Source: the human T2T-CHM13v2.0 reference genome, Homo sapiens. Taken from it: a stretch of 64,000 nt of DNA. Both the position numbers and the translations under genes were made by a program. Positions 42,618 to 56,920 of this stretch are shown here, one piece after another. The notes below the pieces were generated by a model. It saw nothing but the letters and a program-made list of their open reading frames with translations. It searched no databases and was not told the DNA's origin. The stretch is taken from the NCBI RefSeq assembly GCF_009914755.1, contig NC_060948.1; one strand, written 5' to 3'. The stretch's first letter is position 1; each line of letters begins with the position of its first letter.

Positions 42618-45600
42618 GGCCTGGAATAAAGTGGAATGCTACGGTCTCGAATGGAATAAAAATGTATGGAATGGAATGCAATGAAACGGAATCGAATGTC
42701 ATAGAATGTAATGGAATGCAAAAAAATGGAATCCAAAATCATTGACTGGAAAGGCTGGGTGTCGAAAGGAATTGACTCCAATGGAATGGAATCGAATGGA
42801 ATGGAAGTGAATAGAATCAAACTAAATCGAATGGAATGGAATTGATAGGAACGGAATGGAAAGGAATGCAATGATTTGGCATGGAATGGAATCGAATGGC
42901 ATCGAATGGAATGGAATGGAATGCAATGGAATGGAATGTATTAGAATGTAATGAACTTTAATGGAATGTACTCGAATGGATTCGACTGGAATGGAATGTT
43001 CTGGAAGTGAATGGACTCCAATGGAATGGATTCAAAAGGAATGGAATCATACGGAATGGAATCTAATGGAATGGAATTAAATGGAAATGAATCAAATTGA
43101 ATAGCACGGAATTGACTTGAATGGAATGGAATGCAATGGAATCTAATGAAACGGAAAGGAAAGGAATGGAATGGAATGGAATGGGCTGGAATGGAAAGGA
43201 ATCGAAACGAATGGAATGGAATCGAACTGAAGAGACTGGAATGGAATGCACTGGAATGGAAGGGAGTGTAATGGAAGGTTCTCGAAAAAAATGGAATCGA
43301 ATGGAATGGAATTGAATGGAACGGAATAGAGTCGAATGGAATTGAATGGAATGGAATGGACTAGAGTGAAATGGAATCGAACCACAAGGAATGGACAGGA
43401 ATAGAATGGTCTCGAATTGAATGGAATCGTATGGAATGGCATCAAACGGAATGGAATGGACAGCCACGGAATGGAATGCACTCGAATGCAATGGAGTCGA
43501 AACTAATGGACTGGAATAGAATGGACTCGACTGGTACGGACTCTAATGGAATGGAATCGAATGGAAGGGAATCGAACGGAATGGACTCGAAGGGAAAAGA
43601 CTGCAATGGAAAGGTCTCGAATGGAATGGAAATTAATGGAATGGAATGGAATCGAATGAAATGGAGTCAAAAGGAATGGAATCGAATGGCAAGAAATCGA
43701 ATGTAATGGAATCGCAAGGAATTGATGTGAACGGAACGGAATGGAATGGAATCCAAAGGAATGGAATAGAATGGAATGGAATCGAATGGAAAGGACTCGA
43801 ATGGAAATCACTCGAATAGAATGCAATTTAATAAAATAGGATCAAATGTAATGGAATGGAATGGAAAGGAATCGAAACGAAAGGAATGGAGACAGATGGA
43901 ATGGAATGGAACAGAGAGCAATGGTATAGAATGGAATGGAATCATCTGGAATGGAATTGAATGGAATGGAATAATATGAAATGGAATGGAATGGAATGGA
44001 ATGGAATGCCCTTGAATTAAATGGACTGGAATGGAATGGACTCGAACAGAGTGGAATGGAAAGTGTTGAGATAGAATGGAATGGACTCCTTTGGAATGGT
44101 GTAGTATGCAATGCAATCGACTGGCAGGGAATCAAAAGGAATGTAATCGAATGGATTGGACTGGAATGCAATGGACTCGAATAGATTGGAAACGGAATGC
44201 AAAGGAATGGAATGGAATAGTATGGAATGGAATGGAAAGGAATGGAGTGGAATAGACTAGAGTGGAATGGAATGGACTGGAAAGCAATGGACTGGAATGG
44301 AACTTTCTTGAATGGACTGGAATCAAACGGAATGGAATGCAATGCAATCAAATGGCATGGAATAAAATAGAATGAAAGAGAATCAAATGGAATTGAATCG
44401 AATGGAATCGAATGGATTGGAAAGGAATAGAATGGAATGGAATGGAATTGACTCAAATGGAATGGACTAGAATGGAATGGATTCGAATGGAAGGCAAAGG
44501 AATGGAATCTATTGGAATGGACTGTAATGGAATGGAATGGAAGGGATTGGAATGGACTCGAATGGATTGGACTGCAATAGAAAGGATTCGAATGGAATGA
44601 AAAAGAATTGAATGGAATAGAACAGAATGGAATCAAATCGAATGAAATGGAATGGAATAGAAAGGAATGGAATGAAATGGAATGGAAAGGATTCGAATGG
44701 AATGCAATCGAATGGAATGGAATCGAACGGAATGGAATAAAATGGAAGAAAACTGGCAAGAAATGGAATCGAAATGAATGGAGTGTTATGGAACGGACTC
44801 AAAAGGAATTGAATGTAATAGAATGGAGTGGAGTGGACTCGAATATAATGGACTGGAATGGAATGAAATCACATGGAATGGGAACGAATGGAATGGAATG
44901 GAAAGGAATGGAATCGAATGGAAAGGAATCGAATGGAAGGGAATGAAATTGAATCAACAGGAATGGAAGGGAATAGAATAGACGGTAATGGAATGGACTC
45001 GAATAGAATGGACACGAATGCTCAAATTGAATGGACTCGAATGGAATGGAAACGAAAGGAATGTCATCGAATGGAATTGAATCGATTGGAATGAAATCGC
45101 ATAGAATGGAGTGGAATCAAATGGAATTGAATCGAAAGGAAAGGAAGCGAATGGACTGAAATGAAATGGAATGGAATTGAATGGAAAGTAATGCAATGGA
45201 ATAGAATGGAACGAAATTTCACGGAATGGAATCAAACTGAATGGAATCAAATCAATGGAATCAAATCAAATGGAATGGAAAGGAATTGAATGGAGTAGAT
45301 TGGATTGGATGGGATTGGAATGAAATGTACTGGAAAGGACTCGAATTTCATGAAACGGAATGGAATGAATTGGAACGGAATGGACTCGAATGGAATGGAA
45401 TGTCATGGAATGGCATCAAATGGAATGGCATCAAATGGAATGGAATCGAATGCAATGGAATGCTATGGAATGGAATGGAATGCATTGGAATGGAATGTCC
45501 TCTAATGGAATGGATTCGAGTGGAATGGAATCGAATATAATGGAGTCGAATGAAATGGAATTGAAAGGAATGGGATCGAATAGAATGGAATATACTGGAA

Positions 45601-46211
45601 TGTAATGTAATGAACTCGAATGTAATTGACTGGAATGGAATGTACATGAATGGAATGTAATCGAATGGAAAGTAATCCAATGGAATAGAATCTAATGCAA
45701 TAAAATCGACTCAGATAGAGTAGAATGTAATGGAATGGAGTGCAGTGCAATGGAATGGAATGGAATGGAATGCAATGGAATGGAATGGAATGGAATGGAA
45801 TGGAATGGAATTCTATGGAATGGAATGGAATGGAATGGAATGGGATGGGATGGAATTGTATGGAATGGATAGTAATGGACTGGAGTGAAATGGACTGGAA
45901 AGGAATGGACTCAAATTGAAAGGGCTCGAAAGGAATGGAGACAAATGGAATGGTCTGGAATGGAATGAACACGAATGTAATGCAATCCAATAAAATGGAG
46001 TCGAATGGCATGGAATATAAAGAAATGGAATCGAAGAGAATGGAAACAATTGGAATGGAATTGAATGGAATGGAATTGAATGGAATGGGAACGAATGGAG
46101 TGAAATTGTATGCAGTAGAAGAGAATAGAATGGAATGGAAGCGAAAGGAAAGGAATGGATTGGAATGGAATGGAATTCATTGGAATGGAAGGGAATGTAG
46201 TGTAATGGACA
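42618..46211 (+). repeat. Monomer U12 (3594 bp, type B)
   Basis: GGCC at 42618 to GGCC at 46212. Confidence 0.92.
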
Positions 46212-49200
46212 GGCCTGGAATAAAGTGGAATGCTACGGTCTCGAATGGAATAAAAATGTATGGAATGGAATGCAATGAAACGGAATCGAATGTCATAGAA
46301 TGTAATGGAATGCAAAAAAATGGAATCCAAAATCATTGACTGGAAAGGCTGGGTGTCGAAAGGAATTGACTCCAATGGAATGGAATCGAATGGAATGGAA
46401 GTGAATAGAATCGAACTAAATCGAATGGAATGGAATTGATAGGAACGGAATGGAAAGGAATGCAATGATTTGGCATGGAATGGAATCGAATGGCATCGAA
46501 TGGAATGGAATGGAATGCAATGGAATGGAATGTATTAGAATGTAATGAACTTTAATGGAATGTACTCGAATGGATTCGACTGGAATGGAATATTCTGGAA
46601 GTGAATGGACTCCAATGGAATGGATTCAAAAGGAATTGAATCGTACGGAATGGAATCTAATGGAATGGAATTAAATGGAAATGAAGCAAATTGAATAGCA
46701 CGGAATTGAATTGAATGGAATGGCATGCAATGGAATCTAATGAAACGGAAAGGAAAGGAATGGAATGGAATGGAATGGGCTGGAATGGAAAGGAATCGAA
46801 ACGAATGGAATGGAATCGAACTGAAGAGACTGGAATGGAATGCACTGGAATGGAAGGGAGTGTAATGGAAGGTTCTCGAAAAAAATGGAATCGAATGGAA
46901 TGGAATTGAATGGAACGGAATAGAGTCGAATGGAATTGAATGGAATGGAATGGACTAGAGTGAAATGGAATCGAACCACAAGGAATGGACAGGAATAGAA
47001 TGGTCTCGAATTGAATGGAATCGTATGGAATGGCATCAAACGGAATGGAATGGACAGCCACGGAATGGAATGCACTCGAATGCAATGGAGTCGAAACTAA
47101 TGGACTGGAATAGAATGGACTCGACTGGTACGGACTCCAATGGAATGGAATCGAATGGAAGGGAATCGAACGGAATGGACTCGAAGGGAAAAGACTGCAA
47201 TGGAAAGGTCTCGAATGGAATGGAAATTAATGGAATGGAATGGAATCGAATGAAATGGAGTCAAAAGGAATGGAATCGAATGGCAAGAAATCGAATGTAA
47301 TGGAATCGCAAGGAATTGATGTGAACGGAACGGAATGGAATGGAATCCAAAGGAATGGAATAGAATGGAATGGAATCGAATGGAAAGGACTCGAATGGAA
47401 ATCACTCGAATAGAATGCAATTTAATAAAATAGGATCAAATGGAATGGAATGGAATGGAAAGGAATCGAAACGAAAGGAATGGAGACAGATGGAATGGAA
47501 TGGAACAGAGAGCAATGGTATAGAATGGAATGGAATCATCTGGAATGGAATTGAATGGAATGGAATAATATGAAATGGAATGGAATGGAATGCCCTTGAA
47601 TTAAATGGACTGGAATGGAATGGACTCGAACAGAGTGGAATGGAAAGTGTTGAGATAGAATGGAATGGACTCCTTCGGAATGGTCTAGTATGCAATGCAA
47701 TCGACTGGCAGGGAATCAAAAGGAATATAATGGAATGGATTGGACTGGAATGCAATGGACTCGAATAGATTGGAAACGGAATGCAAAGGAATGGAATGGA
47801 ATAGTATGGAATGGAATGGAAAGGAATGGAGTGGAATAGACTAGAGTGGAATGGAATGGACTGGAAAGCAATGGACTGGAATGGAACTTTCTTGAATGGA
47901 CTGGAATCAAACGGAATGGAATGCAATGCAATCAAATGGCATGGAATAAAATAGAATGAAAGAGAATCAAATGGAATTGAATCGAATGGAATCGAATGGA
48001 TTGGAAAGGAATAGAATGGAATGGAATGGAATTGACTCAAATGGAATGGACTAGAATGGAATGGATTCGAATGGAAGGCAAAGGAATGGAATCTATTGGA
48101 ATGGACTGTAATGGAATGGAATGGAAGGGATTGGAATGGACTCGAATGGAATGGACTGCCATAGAAAGGATTCGAATGGAATGAAAAAGAATTGAATGGA
48201 ATAGAACAGAATGGAATCAAATCGAATGAAATGGAATGGAATAGAAAGGAATGGAATGAAATGGAATGGAAAGGATTCGAATGGAATGCAATCGAATGGA
48301 ATGGAATCGAACGGAATGGAATAAAATGGAAGAAAACTGGCAAGAAATGGAATCGAAATGAATGGAGTGTTATGGAACGGACTCAAAAGGAATTGAATGT
48401 AATAGAATGGAGTGGAGTGGACTCGAATATAATGGACTGGAATGGAATGAAATCACATGGAATGGGAACGAATGGAATGGAATGGAAAGGAATGGAATCG
48501 AATGGAAAGGAATCGAATGGAAGGGAATGAAATTGAATCAACAGGAATGGAAGGGAATAGAATAGACGGTAATGGAATGGACTCGAATAGAATGGACACG
48601 AATGCTCAAATTGAATGGACTCGAATGGAATGGAAACGAAAGGAATGTCATCGAATGGAATTGAATCGATTGGAATGAAATCGCATAGAATGGAGTGGAA
48701 TCAAATGGAATTGAATCGAAAGGAAAGGAAGCGAATGGACTGAAATGAAATGGAATGGAATTGAATGGAAAGTAATGCAATGGAATAGAATGGAACGAAA
48801 TTTCACGGAATGGAATCAAACTGAATGGAATCAAATCAATGGAATCAAATCAAATGGAATGGAAAGGAATTGAATGGAGTAGATTGGATTGGATGGGATT
48901 GGAATGAAATGTACTGGAAAGGACTCGAATTTCATGAAACGGAATGGAATGAATTGGAACGGAATGGACTCGAATGGAATGGAATGTCATGGAATGGCAT
49001 CAAATGGAATGGCATCAAATGGAATGGAATCGAATGCAATGGAATGCTATGGAATGGAATGGAATGCATTGGAATGGAATGTCCTCTAATGGAATGGATT
49101 CGAGTGGAATGGAATCGAATATAATGGAGTCGAATGAAATGGAATTGAAAGGAATGGGAACGAATAGAATGGAATATACTGGAATGTAATGTAATGAACT

Positions 49201-49779
49201 GGAATGTAATTGACTGGAATGGAATGTACATGAATGGAATGTAATCGAATGGAAAGTAATCCAATGGAATAGAATCTAATGCAATAAAATCGACTCAGAT
49301 AGAGTAGAATGTAATGGAATGGAGTGCAGTGCAATGGAATGGAATGGAATGGAATGCAATGGAATGGAATGGAATGGAACGGAATGGAATGGAATGGAAT
49401 GGAATGGGATGGAATGGGATGGAATGGTATGGAATGGATAGTAATGGACTGGAGTGAAATGGACTGGAAAGGAATGGACTCAAATTGAAAGGGCTCGAAA
49501 GAATGGAGTCAAATGGAATGGTCTGGAATGGAATGAACACGAATGTAATGCAATCCAATAGAATGGAATCGAATGGCATGGAATATAAAGAAATGGAATT
49601 GAAGAGAATGGAAACAAATGGAATGGAATTGAATGGAATGGAATTGAATGGAATGGGAACGAATGGAGTGAAATTGTATGCAGTAGAAGAGAATAGAATG
49701 GAATGCAAGCGAAAGGAAAGGAATGGATTGGAATGGAATGGAATTCATTGGAATGGAAGGGAATGTAGTGTAATGGACA
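46212..49779 (+). repeat. Monomer U13 (3568 bp, type A)
   Basis: GGCC at 46212 to GGCC at 49780. Confidence 0.92.
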
Positions 49780-52700
49780 GGCCTGGAATAAAGTGGAATG
49801 CTACGGTCTCGAATGGAATAAAAATGTATGGAATGGAATGCAATGAAACGGAATCGAATGTCATAGAATGTAATGGAATGCAAAAAAATGGAATCCAAAA
49901 TCATTGACTGGAAAGGCTGGGTGTCGAAAGGAATTGACTCCAATGGAATGGAATCGAATGGAATGGAAGTGAATAGAATCAAACTAAATCGAATGGAATG
50001 GAATTGATAGGAACGGAATGGAAAGGAATGCAATGATTTGGCATGGAATGGAATCGAATGGCATCGAATGGAATGGAATGGAATGCAATGGAATGGAATG
50101 TATTAGAATGTAATGAACTTTAATGGAATGTACTCGAATGGATTCGACTGGAATGGAATGTTCTGGAAGTGAATGGACTCCAATGGAATGGATTCAAAAG
50201 GAATGGAATCATACGGAATGGAATCTAATGGAATGGAATTAAATGGAAATGAATCAAATTGAATAGCACGGAATTGACTTGAATGGAATGGAATGCAATG
50301 GAATCTAATGAAACGGAAAGGAAAGGAATGGAATGGAATGGAATGGGCTGGAATGGAAAGGAATCGAAACGAATGGAATGGAATCGAACTGAAGAGACTG
50401 GAATGGAATGCACTGGAATGGAAGGGAGTGTAATGGAAGGTTCTCGAAAAAAATGGAATCGAATGGAATGGAATTGAATGGAACGGAATAGAGTCGAATG
50501 GAATTGAATGGAATGGAATGGACTAGAGTGAAATGGAATCGAACCACAAGGAATGGACAGGAATAGAATGGTCTCGAATTGAATGGAATCGTATGGAATG
50601 GCATCAAACGGAATGGAATGGACAGCCACGGAATGGAATGCACTCGAATGCAATGGAGTCGAAACTAATGGACTGGAATAGAATGGACTCGACTGGTACG
50701 GACTCTAATGGAATGGAATCGAATGGAAGGGAATCGAACGGAATGGACTCGAAGGGAAAAGACTGCAATGGAAAGGTCTCGAATGGAATGGAAATTAATG
50801 GAATGGAATGGAATCGAATGAAATGGAGTCAAAAGGAATGGAATCGAATGGCAAGAAATCGAATGTAATGGAATCGCAAGGAATTGATGTGAACGGAACG
50901 GAATGGAATGGAATCCAAAGGAATGGAATAGAATGGAATGGAATCGAATGGAAAGGACTCGAATGGAAATCACTCGAATAGAATGCAATTTAATAAAATA
51001 GGATCAAATGTAATGGAATGGAATGGAAAGGAATCGAAACGAAAGGAATGGAGACAGATGGAATGGAATGGAACAGAGAGCAATGGTATAGAATGGAATG
51101 GAATCATCTGGAATGGAATTGAATGGAATGGAATAATATGAAATGGAATGGAATGGAATGGAATGGAATGCCCTTGAATTAAATGGACTGGAATGGAATG
51201 GACTCGAACAGAGTGGAATGGAAAGTGTTGAGATAGAATGGAATGGACTCCTTTGGAATGGTGTAGTATGCAATGCAATCGACTGGCAGGGAATCAAAAG
51301 GAATGTAATCGAATGGATTGGACTGGAATGCAATGGACTCGAATAGATTGGAAACGGAATGCAAAGGAATGGAATGGAATAGTATGGAATGGAATGGAAA
51401 GGAATGGAGTGGAATAGACTAGAGTGGAATGGAATGGACTGGAAAGCAATGGACTGGAATGGAACTTTCTTGAATGGACTGGAATCAAACGGAATGGAAT
51501 GCAATGCAATCAAATGGCATGGAATAAAATAGAATGAAAGAGAATCAAATGGAATTGAATCGAATGGAATCGAATGGATTGGAAAGGAATAGAATGGAAT
51601 GGAATGGAATTGACTCAAATGGAATGGACTAGAATGGAATGGATTCGAATGGAAGGCAAAGGAATGGAATCTATTGGAATGGACTGTAATGGAATGGAAT
51701 GGAAGGGATTGGAATGGACTCGAATGGATTGGACTGCAATAGAAAGGATTCGAATGGAATGAAAAAGAATTGAATGGAATAGAACAGAATGGAATCAAAT
51801 CGAATGAAATGGAATGGAATAGAAAGGAATGGAATGAAATGGAATGGAAAGGATTCGAATGGAATGCAATCGAATGGAATGGAATCGAACGGAATGGAAT
51901 AAAATGGAAGAAAACTGGCAAGAAATGGAATCGAAATGAATGGAGTGTTATGGAACGGACTCAAAAGGAATTGAATGTAATAGAATGGAGTGGAGTGGAC
52001 TCGAATATAATGGACTGGAATGGAATGAAATCACATGGAATGGGAACGAATGGAATGGAATGGAAAGGAATGGAATCGAATGGAAAGGAATCGAATGGAA
52101 GGGAATGAAATTGAATCAACAGGAATGGAAGGGAATAGAATAGACGGTAATGGAATGGACTCGAATAGAATGGACACGAATGCTCAAATTGAATGGACTC
52201 GAATGGAATGGAAACGAAAGGAATGTCATCGAATGGAATTGAATCGATTGGAATGAAATCGCATAGAATGGAGTGGAATCAAATGGAATTGAATCGAAAG
52301 GAAAGGAAGCGAATGGACTGAAATGAAATGGAATGGAATTGAATGGAAAGTAATGCAATGGAATAGAATGGAACGAAATTTCACGGAATGGAATCAAACT
52401 GAATGGAATCAAATCAATGGAATCAAATCAAATGGAATGGAAAGGAATTGAATGGAGTAGATTGGATTGGATGGGATTGGAATGAAATGTACTGGAAAGG
52501 ACTCGAATTTCATGAAACGGAATGGAATGAATTGGAACGGAATGGACTCGAATGGAATGGAATGTCATGGAATGGCATCAAATAGAATGGCATCAAATGG
52601 AATGGAATCGAATGCAATGGAATGCTATGGAATGGAATGGAATGCATTGGAATGGAATGTCCTCTAATGGAATGGATTCGAGTGGAATGGAATCGAATAT

Positions 52701-53363
52701 AATGGAGTCGAATGAAATGGAATTGAAAGGAGTGTGATCGAATACAATGGAATATACTGGAATGTAATGTAATGAACTCGAATGTAATTGACTGGAATGG
52801 AATGTACATGAATGGAATGTAATCGAATGGAAAGTAATCCAATGGAATAGAATCTAATGCAATAAAACCGACTCAGATAGAGTAGAATGTAATGGAATGG
52901 AGTGCAGTGCAATGGAATGGAATGGAATGGAATGCAATGGAATGGAATGGAATGGAATGGAATGGAATGGAATGGAATGGAATGGAATGGAATGGGATGG
53001 GATGGAATGGTATGGAATGGATAGTAATGGACTGGAGTGAAATGGACTGGAAAGGAATGGACTCAAATTGAAAGGGCTCGAAAGGAATGGAGTCAAATGG
53101 AATGGTCTGGAATGGAATGAACACGAATGTAATGCAATCCAATAGAATGGAATCGAATGGCATGGAATATAAAGAAATGGAATCGAAGAGAATGGAAACA
53201 AATGGAATGGAATTGAATGGAATGGAATTGAATGGAATGGGAACGAATGGAGTGAAATTGTATGCAGTAGAAGGGAATAGAATGGAATGCAAGCGAAAGG
53301 AAAGGAATGGATTGAAATGGAATGGAATTCATTGGAATGGAAGGGAATGTAGTGTAATGGACA
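49780..53363 (+). repeat. Monomer U14 (3584 bp; type-B head, different tail)
   Basis: GGCC at 49780 to the mutated site GACC at 53364. Confidence 0.9.
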
Positions 53364-56300
53364 GACCTGGAATAAAGTGGAATGCTACGGTCTCGAATGG
53401 AATAAAAATGTATGGAATGGAATGCAATGAAACGGAATCGAATGTCATAGAATGTAATGGAATGCAAAAAAATGGAATCCAAAATCATTGACTGGAAAGG
53501 CTGGGTGTCGAAAGGAATTGACTCCAATGGAATGGAATCGAATGGAATGGAAGTGAATAGAATCGAACTAAATCGAATGGAATGGAATTGATAGGAACGG
53601 AATGGAAAGGAATGCAATGATTTGGCATGGAATGGAATCGAATGGCATCGAATGGAATGGAATGGAATGCAATGGAATGGAATGTATTAGAATGTAATGA
53701 ACTTTAATGGAATGTACTCGAATGGATTCGACTGGAATGGAATGTTCTGGAAGTGAATGGACTCCAATGGAATGGATTCAAAAGGAATGGAATCGTACGG
53801 AATGGAATTAAATGGAAATGAATCAAATTGAATAGCACGGAATTGAATTGAATGGAATGGAATGCAATGGAATCTAATGAAACGGAAAGGAAAGGAATGG
53901 AATGGAATGGAATGGGCTGGAATGGAAAGGAATCGAAACGAATGGAATGGAATCGAACTGAAGAGACTGGAATGGAATGCACTGGAATGGAAGGGAGTGT
54001 AATGGAAGGTTCTCGAAAAAAATGGAATCGAATGGAATGGAATTGAATGGAACGGAATAGAGTCGAATGGAATTGAATGGAATGGAATGGACTAGAGTGA
54101 AATGGAATCGAACCACAAGGAATGGACAGGAATAGAATGGTCTCGAATTGAATGGAATCGTATGGAATGGCATCAAACGGAATGGAATGGACAGCCACGG
54201 AATGGAATGCACTCGAATGCAATGGAGTCGAAACTAATGGACTGGAATAGAATGGACTCGACTGGTACGGACTCCAATGGAATGGAATCGAATGGAAGGG
54301 AATCGAACGGAATGGACTCGAAGGGAAAAGACTGCAATGGAAAGGTCTCGAATGGAATGGAAATTAATGGAATGGAATGGAATCGAATGAAATGGAGTCA
54401 AAAGGAATGGAATCGAATGGCAAGAAATCGAATGTAATGGAATCGCAAGGAATTGATGTGAACGGAACGGAATGGAATGGAATCCAAAGGAATGGAATAG
54501 AATGGAATGGAATCGAATGGAAAGGACTCGAATGGAAATCACTCGAATAGAATGCAATTTAATAAAATAGGATCAAATGTAATGGAATGGAATGGAAAGG
54601 AATCGAAACGAAAGGAATGGAGACAGATGGAATGGAATGGAACAGAGAGCAATGGTATAGAATGGAATGGAATCATCTGGAATGGAATTGAATGGAATGG
54701 AATAATATGAAATGGAATGGAATGGAATGGAATGGAATGCCCTTGAATTAAATGGACTGGAATGGAATGGACTCGAACAGAGTGGAATGGAAAGTGTTGA
54801 GATAGAATGGAATGGACTCCTTTGGAATGGTCTAGTATGCAATGCAATCGACTGGCAGGGAATCAAAAGGAATGTAATCGAATGGATTGGACTGGAATGC
54901 AATGGACTCGAATAGATTGGAAACGGAATGCAAAGGAATGGAGTGGAATAGTATGGAATGGAATGGAAAGGAATGGAGTGGAATAGACTAGAGTGGAATG
55001 GAATGGACTGGAAAGCAATGGACTGGAATGGAACTTTCTTGAATGGACTGGAATCAAACGGAATGGAATGCAATGCAATCAAATGGCATGGAATAAAATA
55101 GAATGAAAGAGAATCAAATGGAATTGAATCGAATGGAATCGAATGGATTGGAAAGGAATAGAATGGAATGGAATGGAATTGACTCAAATGGAATGGACTA
55201 GAATGGAATGGATTCGAATGGAAGGCAAAGGAATGGAATCTTGGAATGGACTGTAATGGAATGGAATGGAAGGGATTGGAATGGACTCGAATGGAATGGA
55301 CTGCAATAGAAAGGATTCGAATGGAATGAAAAAGAATTGAATGGAATAGAACAGAATGGAATCAAATCGAATGAAATGGAATGGAATAGAAAGGAATGGA
55401 ATGAAATGGAATGGAAAGGATTCGAATGGAATGCAATCGAATGGAATGGAATCGAACGGAATGGAATAAAATGGAAGAAAACTGGCAAGAAATGGAATCG
55501 AAATGAATGGAGTGTTATGGAACGGACTCAAAAGGAATTGAATGTAATAGAATGGAGTGGAGTGGACTCGAATATAATGGACTGGAATGGAATGAAATCA
55601 CATGGAATGGGAACGAATGGAATGGAATGGAAAGGAATGGAATCGAATGGAAAGGAATCGAATGGAAGGGAATGAAATTGAATCAACAGGAATGGAAGGG
55701 AATAGAATAGACGGTAATGGAATGGACTCGAATAGAATGGACACGAATGCTCAAATTGAATGGACTCGAATGGAATGGAAACGAAAGGAATGTCATCGAA
55801 TGGAATTGAATCGATTGGAATGAAATCGCATAGAATGGAGTGGAATCAAATGGAATTGAATCGAAAGGAAAGGAAGCGAATGGACTGAAATGAAATGGAA
55901 TGGAATTGAATGGAAAGTAATGCAATGGAATAGAATGGAACGAAATTTCACGGAATGGAATCAAACTGAATGGAATCAAATCAATGGAATCAAATCAAAT
56001 GGAATGGAAAGGAATTGAATGGAGTAGATTGGATTGGATGGGATTGGAATGAAATGTACTGGAAAGGACTCGAATTTCATGAAACGGAATGGAATGAATT
56101 GGAACGGAATGGACTCAAATGGAATGGAATGTCATGGAATGGCATCAAATGGAATGGCATCAAATGGAATGGAATCGAATGCAATGGAATGCTATGGAAT
56201 GGAATGGAATGCATTGGAATGGAATGTCCTCTAATGGAATGGATTCGAGTGGAATGGAATCGAATATAATGGAGTCGAATGAAATGGAATTGAAAGGAGT

Positions 56301-56920
56301 GGGATCGAATACAATGGAATATACTGGAATGTAATGTAATGAACTCGAATGTAATTGACTGGAATGGAATGTACATGAATGGAATGTAATCGAATGGAAA
56401 GTAATCCAATGGAATAGAATCTAATGCAATAAAATCGACTCAGATAGAGTAGAATGTAATGGAATGGAGTGCAGTGCAATGGAATGGAATGGAATGGAAT
56501 GGAATGGAATGGAATGGAATGGAATGGAATGGAATGGAATTTAATGGAATGGGATGGGATGGAATGGTATGGAATGGATAGTAATGGACTGGAGTGAAAT
56601 GGACTGGAAAGGAATGGACTCAAATTGAAAGGGCTCGAAAGGAATGGAGTCAAATGGAATGGTCTGGAATGGAATGAACACGAATGTAATGCAATCCAAT
56701 AGAATGGAATCGAATGGCATGGAATATAAAGAAATGGAATCGAAGAGAATGGAAACAAATGGAATGGAATTGAATGGAATGGAATTGAATGGAATGGGAA
56801 CGAATGGAGTGAAATTGTATGCAGTAGAAGGGAATAGAATGGAATGCAAGCGAAAGGAAAGGAATGGATTGGAATGGAATGGAATTCATTGGAATGGAAG
56901 GGAATGTAGTGTAATGGACA
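53364..56920 (+). repeat. Monomer U15 (3557 bp)
   Basis: GACC at 53364 to GGCC at 56921. Confidence 0.9.
56481..56540 (+). repeat. Perfect (GGAAT)12 tract, the longest pure run I noticed
   Basis: 12 uninterrupted GGAAT units; the GCAAT interruption present in the other monomers is absent here. Confidence 0.85.

Larger units (their letters stand above)
31618..52583 (+). repeat. 7162-bp dimeric higher-order repeat (type A 3568 bp + type B 3594 bp), up to ~2.9 copies
   Basis: GGCC sites at 31888, 35456, 39050, 42618, 46212 and 49780 give alternating spacings of 3568 and 3594. Diagnostic variants recur at exactly +7162 (31669/38831, 42218/49380, 43049/50211, 43544/50706). The right end is uncertain (51729-52584). 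Confidence 0.88.
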
